A stretch of 64,000 bases of DNA from Mytilus californianus (taxonomy: Eukaryota), in the NCBI RefSeq assembly GCF_021869535.1, contig NW_026262690.1, forward strand, positions 125,488,001 through 125,552,000, read 5' to 3'. Made by a program: the position numbers and the translations under genes. Within the stretch, counting starts at the first letter, position 1; the number at the start of each line of letters is the position of its first letter. Shown here piece by piece: positions 1 to 13,300 of this stretch. Below the pieces are notes generated by a model, which worked only from the letters and a program-made list of their open reading frames with translations, was not told where the DNA came from and did not search any database.

Positions 1-286
1 TTAGCTTGTGCAGAACAATGATATAAAACAGAAAACCATGGTAGTTTTAAAGCCTATCTTTGTAAACATCTACTGGTAGCTACTTTTTAGAGTAGTTGTG
101 TAGCAGGTTTGGTGGTAACAATTCCTTGTGTGTTTTGTACAAGCCGACCTACTTTTGACCTGTAAAGCACTAAGACTGAAAAATTACAAAGTTGGCTGTT
201 TTTTTCTCCTTATAGATATCGAGCTGATATTTGTGTGTAACTGTATAATGAATGTTAGATTTCCTTGCTGGGTGACCCACATGGTG

Positions 287-1333
287 TTTTTATACGACCG
301 CAAAAATTAAAATTTTTTTGGTCGTATATTGGTATCACGTTGTCGTCCGAAGACAAATGGTTTCCGGATAATAACTTTAGTATAAGTGAATAGAAATCAA
401 TAAAATTTTAACACAAGGTTTATAACCACAAAAGGAAGGTTGGGATTGATTTTGGGGGTTATGGTCCCAAAGGTTTAGGAATAAGGGGCCAAAAAAGGGG
501 CCCAAATAAGCATTTTTGCAGTTTCCAGACAATAACTTGTGTTAAAGTGTATGAATCTCTCTGAAACTATTCCACAAGCTTCCATACAACAAAGGGGTGG
601 TTATGGGGGGGGGGGGGGGGGTATGGCTCAAATCATTTAGCAATTAGGGGCAAAAAAGGGGGGAAAACAAGGGTTTTTATGGTTAAAGGACAATTTAGAC
701 AATTTAAAAGCAGTGTAAGGGAGGTAATCCAATCCATTTAAAGAATACTGTTGTAAATATGTTTGATTACCTCCCTTACACTGCTTGTAAATTATGTATT
801 AAGAAATGATGATTATCTTGAGATGATTAGCTGTAAATTTATTTTTAGAAGTTACTATTAATTAATATTAATTTTAACCATGACTGTATGTCATTTTATA
901 TTTTAATATTTTATGATGTATTTAAATGAGTAGTTATGATTGCAAACTCTTTTAGAAATTTGAATTGAAATTATTTTTGGAATAAGGGAAAGGGGGAGTT
1001 GAAAACAATTTGGGGGGGGGGGGTAAATAAGAATTTGTGGGGGCTACATTTTTTCTCATTTCAGATTTCAGAAATTAAAAAGAAAATTTCTTCAAATATT
1101 TTTTTTGGGGGGGGGGGGGTTAATATTCAACAGCATAGTGTATTGCACAATAAATTAAAATCATATAACCAATTCTAAGTTCATTCTGTGTCAGAAACCT
1201 ATTATGTGTCAACTATTTAATTACAATCCAAATTCAGACCTGTATCAAGCGCGAATATTGTGTCAATTTTTGCCCCAACTGTTCAGGGTTGGACCTCTGC
1301 GGTCGTATCCAGCTGCGCTCAGCGAAGCATTTT
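287..1333 (+). mobile_element. Helentron-associated (HINE/DINE-1-like) non-autonomous element
   Basis: T-run plus subTIR ATACGACCGC (292) with a nearby inverted partner GGTCGTAT (~320). Inverted subTIR GCGGTCGTAT near 1299 is followed by a short GC palindrome and T-run. Contains an internal repeated core and several poly-G runs. Confidence 0.65.
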
Positions 1334-1782
1334 ATTTTATATAATTACCATCTTGGACAATGAAAATTTCACGAAAAAAAAAGAATTCATCTCATCTTGA
1401 CAAGTTTGTTTGCAACATCAAAAAATTATACACATTGAGACAATGTTATTTTCAAGCAAGTATTTATATAAATAAAGCTTGTTTGTTTCACAATGACAAT
1501 TTTGCAGGATTTTTTTCAATTGATTATAGAATACTGAATGTCTTTTCCATATTTTAATGTTTTTTGCCATATCTTAATGTCTTTTGCCATATTTTAATGT
1601 TTTTTTTGTGATTTGGAGGATTTGTGTTTATGGCAGATCTTCATTACTCTGTTAACTCTATTCACAACTTTAAGACTTGGGGCAATTGACAATTTGACCG
1701 TCTGCTGTTGAAGACAATATGTTGACCTCCACATGTCTTTTTGTTTTTTGTGTTGTCGGATGCTGTATTATTAACATATACA

Positions 1783-1947
1783 AGGTCTGGATGGGGTTAC
1801 CAAGGTAACAGAATAGAGAATAATGATCCAAGACTATAGAAAAATGGACCAAAAAATTAAGAATAAAGAAAAATAGACCACAGAGATAAAGAAGAGAAAA
1901 AAGGGTTGCTAAATATAAAGACAAATGAAGATCCCCATCCAGACCCT
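1783..1947. mobile_element. hAT-like MITE
   Basis: TIR AGG(G)TCTGGATGGGG / CCCCATCCAGACCCT; 8-bp TSD CATATACA/CATATACT (7/8). Confidence 0.7.
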
Positions 1948-3080
1948 CATATACTTCATCTATTTATTCATGGCATTTGAAACAAATACGGTTATTTTAA
2001 TTTATTTTTTATTTCTCAGACTTGTAAAACACTCTCACATGTAAACATTCATAACATTGTAAACAGATGTTCCTGCATGTATAAATACAACCGCCAGATA
2101 TAAAATTATTACGTTCAGTTCTATTAACTTAAACAGATATAGAAAAAACTAGTAAAATTCTCATCAGTGTTTTAAATGTATACCGATACTACAGTATCCT
2201 AAGCTGACATTTGTTGCCAAGCTAAAAAAATTCAAAAAAATATTTTTCAAATATTTGATCATTTTTAGCAAAGCTGACATCCCCAAAAAAATTTCACTTT
2301 CAATACATAGTATAAATAGAATTTATCTATTAGGACTGCAAATTAATATTTCAAATTAAAAAAAAATTAATGGAAAGTTTTTAAAAAATTAAAAAAATTA
2401 TAGTTTTAAAATATACTCATAAAATTGTACAGAAATATATGTTTATGAATCATTAACACTTTACAACATTCATTCACCCTGATAAATAAATTAAATGCTG
2501 TATCTACCTATAAAAATATAAATTATCCAGCACTAAGGGTCTTAAAAAGGCAATGTATATTTTATTGAAATGTCTAACATTTAATATCTACCATAAATAA
2601 AATCAAATATTATAAATAGTTATAGGGTATTTGTTTGATTTTGTTGTTCATGTATGTTATTTTAAAAATCTAAATCATAAAAATTGTGTGTTACATGTAT
2701 ATATACAATATCTACATAAATACAAAAACAAATACTGGTATGGTTCCACATGTATATATATCACAGATAATGTTGCTAGATGTTACTGCATGCCCCTAAA
2801 TCTCGACATGTTTACGAAATGAGGGCTTGGCAAAACATATTATTTCATACTCTTGTAAGATTAAAGAAGAGATCAAATTTCTACTCTTGTGTTGTCTTAA
2901 GGAGACTTGTTGGAATTCTGGCATTTGTTTAGAATTCTAGATTTAAAAAAAATAACTTTTTTGTACTTAACAGACCTTCCAATTTTTTCTATTCACGTGG
3001 GATTTCTTCTATAAAAGGTGTCGACCAGACTCTTTAAATCTTCCTTATATAAACTGAATACATATGTACCTCAAAACAGG

Positions 3081-3289
3081 TACTGTAAATTCAGAAATTA
3101 TTGCGATGTTTTTATTATTGCGAAAAATGCGACAGGGTTATAATCGCAATAATTTAAACTCGCATTTTGAATTTTTTTATATAAATTAAACAGGATTTTC
3201 TCAATATCGCAAAAATTAAAATTGCATTTTAGTCTAAAATGACAAAATCGCAATAATAAATGCACACAATAATTTCTGAATTTACAGTA
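3081..3289. mobile_element. TA-flanked MITE (Tc1/mariner-like by TSD)
   Basis: Perfect 23-bp terminal inverted repeat TACTGTAAATTCAGAAATTATTG including TA ends. Confidence 0.75.
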
Positions 3290-4323
3290 TTCAAAGGGGT
3301 GAAAATGATATTTATGCACATATTTACCCATTCAAAACCATAGTATATTAGATTAAACATTTACAACATGTTTATATAGAGATGCAATAGGTCTTCTCGT
3401 GCTTAAAATCTCCCAACAATATATAGAGTAGTTGTAAGGTATGGGTAAACTTGCCCTTTGAAAATGTCAAGATTACAGAGGATGCAAAATAACACTAGCT
3501 TTAAATAAAACCATGTTTGACCTACCAGATATCCTACCATGATTGTTAGGAACACAACAGAACTCCTTAATTGACTCAATTCAAAACAAACAAACAAATT
3601 TATCAAAATAACATTCATTTCTTAATTTCAGTTTGTCACTTAGCTTTCGGAAAAAAGGGAGATAAAAATCCTCTGAGACAATAATAAAACAATATAACAA
3701 AGTATGGAATTCTATAAAGTGGAAAAATTCACAAATTTTAAATGGCGGAATGTAGAAAATTCAATGGAATGAAATTTCTATAAATATTAGACTTATTTAA
3801 AAATATCTTTAAAAAAAATTCTTCATATATAAAAAATGCACTAACAACCAATAATATTATAATCAAAGTTCATTTGCTATCATTGGAATGATGGGATATA
3901 TTATCAATAACAGATTAAAATGGACGGAAGTACAATGTCAAGTCATATGACTTTTTTGACCTTCGTGAAGTCACCAACTACATTTTCTTGAGATTTCATA
4001 CGGTCCATGTATTTATAATATGATTTTTTTCTGCATTCCTTGCGTCAGATTACATATGAAAATATTCAGCGACTTGGTCATGTGATACTTGACAACATCA
4101 AATGTGACAATCGGTTATATTGGTTGGTTTAAGTGTATCACAAAATTTAACAGTTCCATCAACGTTTATCCACTGCAACATAAATGCAAAGATGAAACAA
4201 TCATCTGTGTTCATATAATTACACATAGTAATTAGCCTAAAAAATAAATAATGGCAAATACTTGAGAATAAACAAGCTGCCATGATCTCTATCAAGTTAT
4301 ATTGCTATCAATAAATAATATCA

Positions 4324-7300
4324 CTAGACTAATGGGGACTTAGGTCGTAGAGGTGACTTGGCTCGACTGAGTGGAGATTTTGATCGGCTACGAGACGTGT
4401 CTTGTATTCTTACTCTTTTCTTCTTAGGTGTGGCTTTCCGTAAATTGTGCATATTATTTTCTATTTCTGTTATCTAAAAAATATTAAAAATGAATGTTCA
4501 AATAAGCTATATGGGGTTTCACAGTAATTATCATACAGCATTTTACAGACAAAAAGAGTTAATATTATAATCCTTTTTACACATTTCCACTTTATATAAA
4601 GTTGTTAATTCATTCCTTTTTTTATTCAAAAATATATTCATATGCTAAATTAACTAAAGCTATTCATTTTTATAATTTAGAAAATATTTACATCATAAAC
4701 TTTCCCCAAAGAAGAGTTGTAGAGTTGTATTCAATTGAATAACAAAATATGTGCAAGGAATACACATTCAAATAAAACAGCTGGATACCTGTACTCTTAC
4801 CTTTGCACCACAAAAATTAGCCGACTGAATTTCATCTTGTAGAGCCCTCATTGTATCCTGTAACTTGAGGTACCTGTTCTCAATCCTAGCCTTCTCTTCT
4901 TGTACATGCTGTTGAAAATATGAAAGAATATGAATATTGAATCATGCTATCTGGGTATCAACATAATAACAGGTGAATGATTGTAAGTTTTATAAAAAAT
5001 ACACTTTCCGTTCAAGAAAAAAAACTTTTGTTACTCTGATAAAATGATAGTAACAAAATGATTTTATGCATATATTAATGTTTATTTGAATATAACTAAA
5101 GCATATTCTATCAAATACTTCATTTATTTGTCTATTAAAAATACTCAGATGAAAGAAAGAGCATTTCAAGTAATCTGTACATTTACCTGAAAAATTACCA
5201 GAGAAAAGAGATGTTGTCTACACAGGATATTGAAACTATTTACTTGTAAAGGGCCTTAACTCTAGGTGAAAGTCTTAAAACAAACTGTTTAGTTCCTTTG
5301 GCTACGTTGTCAAAACACCAAGGTGTATTAACTTAAGGAGGACATGACTTGAATTAAAACATTATTCACATTCCTACACAAAAATACAGGAAAAACTTAT
5401 TGAGGGTCATACCAAATTAATTGGTTTTTCTTGGTGTACTTGTTGGCTTGTGAAATGCCTTGATTAAAAAGTTTTCTAGATATTTATATCAATCATAAGC
5501 ACTTCAATTCTAAGCTGGCTTGTAAGGTTTCTGATTATTTCTTAAAAACATTAATTCCTAGACATCAGTTGTATGTGACCTCCCATTATTCAACTAAAAA
5601 TATTCCAAACCTATGTCACACACAACGTTGCATTAGAATTCCTTACGTACCTTTAAATCATCCATTTCATCAATGATATGTTTCTTATCCATAACATGAG
5701 ATCGTATAATTTCTTCTTCTCTAATTTTACGAAGTTCTATTTCATCTGTCAAGTCTAATATATGATCCTGTAACAAAGGAAAATAAATCGTGTAAAATCA
5801 TATGATAAAACAATAATACTAAATAACTAAATTAGGTTTACAACTGACTTTTTAGTTTATCTTTTTGGTTTATATTTGGGAAAAAGAATTAGATATTTAT
5901 TCATGTATATCATCTGAGTTTCATTAAGGTCTTTTCCAACAACAAAAACTCAAAAATTTTGTCAGTATGTGTCAGTTTGTAGGTTAATCATTCCTGGGAA
6001 CTCTGGTTTCCACCATTCAATAATTATTGCTATGAAATTGCAATAATCTATAAATAAAGCCATCAAAACCTCATTAAACAAACACATAAAGTATCAAACT
6101 ATTCATTTCTGACATAAAAAATAACCTTTAGATTTCTTATTTTGATTTATAATCTTTAAACAATCACTGAAACATTGTTTAACCACATTAAAGGAGAAGG
6201 TCCACTAAGGGCTAATTTCGGCCTAAAATTCAAAGTATATCTGATGAAATTTTTAAAATTTTTTCAAACACCCAAGTGTCTACTTCAGTCGATTCAATTA
6301 GTTTATGTTAAAGATTTGAACTGATTTGGTCAAAAATTGAGACCATCAAATTCAAGCTTAAATATGAAAAATCTATCAAATATGCCATAAAACGCCAATT
6401 TTCAGATGGTTTTTGTCTAAAATGGAAGTGGCCGCATTCGTGTTCAGTCTCAACATTTATATATGTTATGCATAATCATTAAATACAACATATGTTTAAG
6501 TATTAAGACTGAACACAAGTGCGGCCACTTTCATTTTAAACAAAAACTGTCTTAAAATTAGCACAAATGCTGAAATTGTGAAGATTTCAGTATTTTTGCA
6601 TGAAATAATGATGCTTAAACGTGATGCATGTCCGTTGTATTGTCATATACAGCCCATATTTATGTAACAAAAGTATTCTACTTTCCAATAAATAGCTAAC
6701 AGTGACATTTTAAACTACATTGTAAAAATGTTATATTTTAGGGCCAAAAAGGTGTCTTACCGGGCCTACTCCTTTGAAGATATAAAATTTAACTTACATA
6801 CCAGATGATCCATTACAAAGCATAAAAATATATTTATGAGTAAAGCAGATGTGGGATATAAGTCAATTAGACAGCAACCAATGATTCAATAAACCACAAA
6901 ACACATGTATACATATCCGGTAACTTTCAAAGTTTACATTTTTAAGTATTACCTACCTTTAAGTTTTCTACAGCACTTTGACTATCAAATTCTCTCTTGG
7001 ATAATTCTGTAAACATAAAAAAACATGTGTTAAATTTTCTCTCTGTATGTGAATATGCAACGTAGTCAGTAATAAGTTGGAAAAATCAAGTGAATTCATG
7101 GTATAAAATACTAATGTGAAGGTAAAACTTTGGAAATTTATTGAACCAATGATACGATGTAGATCTTCAAGTCCTTTGATTTTTCAATAAAGAGACCCTA
7201 AAAAACCATGTTTTTCCAAATTTATTGCTGAAAAGAGAAATTTTAATTTATATTTTAAAAGTGAAACGTTAATAAAAATTCAAACAACGAAAAAAAATTG

Positions 7301-10300
7301 GTGTGGTCAAAAGTTCATCTTTTGTCAATTATAAGGGTTTCCGTGCATTTCTGATAAAATGGTCAATCAGTAGGTAAATGACTACAACTTACCATGTTTA
7401 ACTACGGATAATTCGTCCAGGACATCCTCACGCTTGGCTAGTTCTGACAGTAAGTACTGTCGATCATTCTCGTTAGCATTAATGGCATCACGTAAATCAT
7501 TCCGTAACTTTTGTTCTCTAGTTAATCTGTTCCTCATATCGCTTCTCAACCATTTCATTTTAGTCTGCAAGTCAAATATAGAAATAGAAGGAATTTTATA
7601 ACATCTTAATAAGGTAATAACAAGTTAAACTATTTTTAGGGCAAAACTTCTCCTTTTGTTATTGATTTTCCATGGTACAAAACACAGCTGGTATTCAAAT
7701 ATTTAATTACAAAGATTAAAATGATTACCAATTTCAATCTAATACCATGAGGAGAAACATATGCAGCATATCATCAATGCAGAGTTCTCGTAAAGTGGTT
7801 GTCTGAAGGTTTTGACCACAAAAATTTTGCAAAGGACTGACACAATTTTGGCATTTTGCAATAGAAATAATAGTGAGGACCAGCAGATTTTTTTCAATGA
7901 CCACCAGGGAAAATAGATTTCGAGAACTTTGCAATATCTGATAATTAAAAATTAGCGAATCTCTTTATCTTAATGTGTAATTTCTCAACAAACTACATTT
8001 CACCAAATCAACTGCATTTTTAAAATACCTTGGCTTCAGCAATAGTGGCATTTGGTCCTTCTGTCGATGAGGCTACAGGCTAAAATAAAAAAAAATTAAC
8101 TGTTAACAAATAGATATGTCTTACTTATGTAAACAAAAGAGTGATTTATATAAGTATTTTCTTGTTTCCTAATCCTTTTGTTTCTGTTGTATGTTTGTCA
8201 TTTGTGCACATTTGAAAAAAAAAAAATTGTTTAAACTTTAACAATTTTCTAAGCTTCCCGACCCGGACACATAAGGTAGGCGAGACAAACAATTATCGTT
8301 CAATATTCAACAGTTCTTTATCAAAAGGAAAGTAACTTTATCTAAATTTCTTTTAAAATCCCTTTGCTATTTTTTGGCCTCTATTTTTAACCTGCTCCAG
8401 CTGCCATTATTTTATAACCTCTTCAGAATTTTTAGAACATCAGCCATTCATCAGAAACAGATGATAAAGCAGAATATATAAAATAAACCTAACTCACCTG
8501 ATAGGGATTTCTAGTGCCAACAGCTGTAATCTCCATTAAGGAATCAATTTCTGCTACCATGTCATGTAATAAACCCTGAAAATAAGGTCAAAGTTCAATA
8601 TTTCTTAAATGTTATGATAGAATACTTAAAACTCAGGTGAGCATTCAGTTTTGTCATTTCTGTATAAAAATAAGTAGATATGGTTTGATTTTCAAAGATA
8701 CAACTTTTCGCCAAGGATGTAAACATGTCTATAATCAATTACTTGTCGGGAAACCTGAGATCACCCCTGGTTTTTGGCAGGGTTCCTGTTGCTCAGTCTT
8801 TAGTTTTCTATGTTGTGTTTTGTATACTATTGTTTGTGTTTTGGTCTTCTTTTTTTTTCCATGGCAAAGACAGTTTGTTTTCGACTTGTGAGTTCGAATA
8901 TCCCTTTGGTATCTTTCGCCTCTCTTTTTCAGAAATTCTTGAATGGGCTTTTCATGAAAGTGAAATATTTGTATATTTTCATGTTATATTATTTCATATC
9001 ATTTTTACCTCAAAATTTGCCTGGAATCTTTTAGCATCATTCTGGACTGAAAATAATTCTTCCTCCACTCTTTTAACCCTGTATACAAAATATAAGTATT
9101 AAAATTAGTAAATCCATGTTATATAAATCTCATGTATTAGAAAACATATGTGCACATGCAGAAATGTCTCGTCTGCTTTACTGATCATGATCGAATTTAT
9201 GTTGAAAGTTTGATAATGACCTGGAATTATATTTGAAGTGAAGTTTAAGGAAAAGAAAATTTTTTAACAGAGTCTCTGTAAAAATTTTGGCTTCATTTAG
9301 ATTGCAACTCGCTGAGTTGGTAATTTTGTGTGAATAAAATAAGATGTACTGCAGTCATCTAAAATACATTAACCAACAACACAAAAAACCATGACACATT
9401 CATTGTTCATCTATTCTTTATAAAAACAAATAGAAAAGCTGTATATCATGAGTAATGATACCTCTATTGTAAAATATACCCTCTGGCCTTTGTTTGTCTT
9501 GTATGTTTTTTAATTTTAGTTCATTTATATGTTTTGGAGTTTAGTGTGATGTCCATTTTCACTGAACTAGCACACAGCTTTAGTCAGGGGCCAGCTGAGG
9601 ACCACCTCCGGGTGCAGGATTTTCTCGCTGCATTGAAGACCCATTAGTGGCCTTCGGCTGTTGTCTGCTCTTTGGTCGGGTTGTTGTCTCTTTGACATAT
9701 TCCCCATTTCCATTCTTAATTTTATTACTATGAAATCAAATACAAGTAATTTACCTTGAAATATCACTTTCTGCCATTTGAGTCTGAAAAGAAAAGAAAA
9801 ATAATTAATGTCTTTTAAATAATATACATAAATCATATTCAAAAAGGAAAAAACAATGTTCACAATTCAAAACATTTATCAATATCACTCACATTTATGA
9901 ATATCAGACTCAAAATAACATAAAAAATTTTAGAAAATCAAATGATCTATAATTAGTTACATATTACACTTTTATCAGTTTAATAATTCTATTTTACATG
10001 AGCGTCTGGATGGGTTTACAGAATAGAAAGTAATGGGCAAAAATAGAAAATAAAGAATAATAATGGGCAAAAAATAAAGAACAGAGAATAATTGGGTGTT
10101 AAAATTTGAAGAATAGTAGAGAATAATTGGCCAAAATATGAAGAGAAAAAAAATTGCAGAAAAAATGAAGAAAACAGAAATGAAGACCCCCCATCCAGAC
10201 TCTCTTACATCCATTCAAGTGTTTATGGATTGCCCAACTCATGGTGTTCATCTAACAGCAGGAAAAAGAGGCAGAAATTGAACAAACTGCATGTCTATAC

Positions 10301-13300
10301 CTACTCAGCTTTAATTGACTAACAAATATAGATAAAGTGTTGCCACACATGAGCCTTAACAAATGCATTTCCTATCCCACAAATTTGTGCAAACCTTATG
10401 ATAAAGTGTTGCCAAACTTGTGCATTAACAAAGCGTTTCCTTCTCCACAATTATGTGTAAACCTTATACCATTTCTTTGCATAGCGTATATGTATTTTCA
10501 CACAAATCAGTTTTCAAATGAGTTCATCATCGCTCATCCAACTATTACAGACACTTTTGTTCATAAAAGTGTCAAGACTATAATTCTATTCTACATTAAA
10601 ACTGACTTTACTAGCAATACTATTTATTTTTTATCTTTCATTGCCACTATGTTAGAAATACGATACACTGCTTTCTATAGGTGTATTGTTTTATTTAACT
10701 TTTTTTCAAATTAGATTAAAAAAATTTACAAACTACATGAACATGTATCACATGAAAACATGTCACTTCAATCATTCATGCAGACTCTAACATGCAGTTA
10801 TTTTGCCTCCAAATTTATTTCTTCAATCGATATTAGTAATGATTGTTGCTATGACAACAAGGATGATGGGATGATGATGTTTTGCAACAAAGCAGACGAC
10901 AGCACTAAAATATGGTTTATACTGACTAGACATCCTCGTTTCCGCCGGGGACGGAGGTGTGGTGACATTGTAAGTTTACCGGAATTAGATCCCTAAAATT
11001 CACAAAACTTAACTCATGTATATACTTTACTATGGGCAAAAAATGATTTTACGTACACTGATGCAATTTATTTTTAAAGAATAAAGACAATTTGATAATA
11101 ATATACTGTTCTCAAGAAGGTTGAACATTTTTTGATAAAAATAAAAGCACAAAGAATAACCTATTACAATGAAAATAACTATTTCCTGTATTTTTTCACA
11201 TTTTCATTACCATATAGATATTTTTATTTTAATATGTAATCAGGATGAAAATATTACTGAAAACAAATAAAGATGCCTACCTTCCTTCCTTCAATTAAAA
11301 AATATTGTCACTTAAAATGGACATTTATTGTCCAAAAATTCAAAGCACAAACAGATCAAAAACAAAATCAAAATTTATGAAAGGAAAAAGCAAACTAAGC
11401 AAATTTTACATTAAATATTTCATCTTCACGTTATTTTTTTCTTTCCTAGCAATATGATAAGATGATAATGACTGGCATAAACACGCTATGATATAAACAT
11501 ACCTGAGTTTCATATTCTTGACGAATCTTCTCTAATTTTCTCATCAATCGTCCATTCTCCTCTTCATATCTATTTATATATTAAAAAATACTAAATTGTT
11601 ACAGACATTAATTATTTTGTCCTTTTTTCTGAAATAACAGCTAACTCAAGTTTTTCATTGTATTAATTGTAAATTTACAAAATTTTCAAGAAAACAAAAG
11701 TACTAACCTTTCTTTTCTACAATGCTCTACTCTAGTTTAAAAAATTTTACTTAACGATCAGCATGAAAGCTGTTCCATTTAACACATACATGGTACCAAG
11801 GGAGGGCACTTTGAAAATGAGGTAAAAAATAAATGCTATTTTATGTGATCACAACCTATAGTAGCAATTTTAGAATTTCCATATTTACTGAACAAAAAAT
11901 TATTTGACACCCATCCATAGTTGTGATTCTGTACTGAAATCCCTGGGTCCCCTTTATATATAATGGAACAGCCCTGCGCTAAATCATTAACAATAATATT
12001 GAGTATATCAGTGTACTTACCTGACCATTTCTATGGTAAGTTTCTCACATTCCATTCTATTCTTCTCGTCATTTCTCTTTGAGATTTTATGTGCCGATTT
12101 TTCTTCTGACAGCTCCATCTATTAAATAATGAAAATTTGGTTCAATTAATACAGCCAATATCATTTGTGTTTGAAAATAACTACTACAATCATATTCAGT
12201 TTTGGACATCAAGTTTTTGTGATTTTGTTGTCATTTTATAATTCTTTAATACTGTGGATTCATCATTATTTGTTATCATACATAATCAATATTGGTCATG
12301 TGAAGCATGCTGTTTCACATAATTAATGCTAGTCATGTGACCCATGTGAAGCATGCTGTTTCACATAATTAATGCTAGTCATGTGACCCATGTGAAGCAT
12401 GCTGTTTCACATAATTAATGCTAGTCATGTGACCCATGTGAAGCATGCTGTTTCACATAATTAATGCTAGTCATGTGACCCATGTGAAGCATGCTGTTTC
12501 ACATAATTAATGCTAGTCATGTGACCCATGTGAAGCATGCTGTTTCACATAATTAATGCTAGTCATGTGACCCATGTGAAGCATGCTGTTTCACATAATT
12601 AATGCTAGTCATGTGACCCATGTGGAGCATGCTGTTTCACATAATTAATGCTAGTCATGTGAAGCTAACTGATTCACATGACTTATATAAATTTTGAATT
12701 CCAACTGAATTGATCAAGTTTTCAGAAAATTGATAATTTTCCTACGCGCGAAAGTCGCAAAAATTAGTTGGTTTACAGTAAATTAAAACAATGCTTTGCA
12801 GACCATATCAAAATTTCCCCAAACAAGAAGTTTTGCACTCAAGCTAAGTATATCCAACTCGTTACTGTACATTTAGGAAAAATTCCAGGTCAGTGGGTAT
12901 AATACACAATCAAACCTGTAAATATATTTTACCTTTAATGTTTGTATAGTAGCTTCATATTCCGCATGACCTCTCTTCATCTTCCTCTGAATGTCCTGCA
13001 TAACATGAGCTTCACGAACTTTAACCTCACTAAGTTCTTGTTTTACAGACTCTATTTGTTCTTGGTGATTTTCTCTTTCCTAGAAATAATAAATAAAACA
13101 GTTGACATAGAGATATGTCTTGCCTGTGTGTAATTTCTATTGCATTAATGCAATTGTTGCAGGCAAGACTTTTAACATGTAAAATATGCAAAATTTTCTG
13201 TAAGTGAAACATGACTGTGGATTTGAGGCCACTTAAACTCCATGGGAATGAGAGGTATTAATGCTAATACAATTGAAACTCAATACAATTGAAACTCAAT

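Noticed and set aside
8637-9102. Three overlapping plus-strand ORFs
   Set aside because: They coincide with a T-rich interspersed repeat copy.
10331-10467. 69-bp diverged tandem duplication
   Set aside because: An ordinary old intronic duplication with no structure suggesting function.
12297-12665. CRISPR-like appearance of the 46-bp array (palindromic repeat)
   Set aside because: Units are head-to-tail with no unique spacers, there are no cas genes, and the context is a eukaryotic intron.
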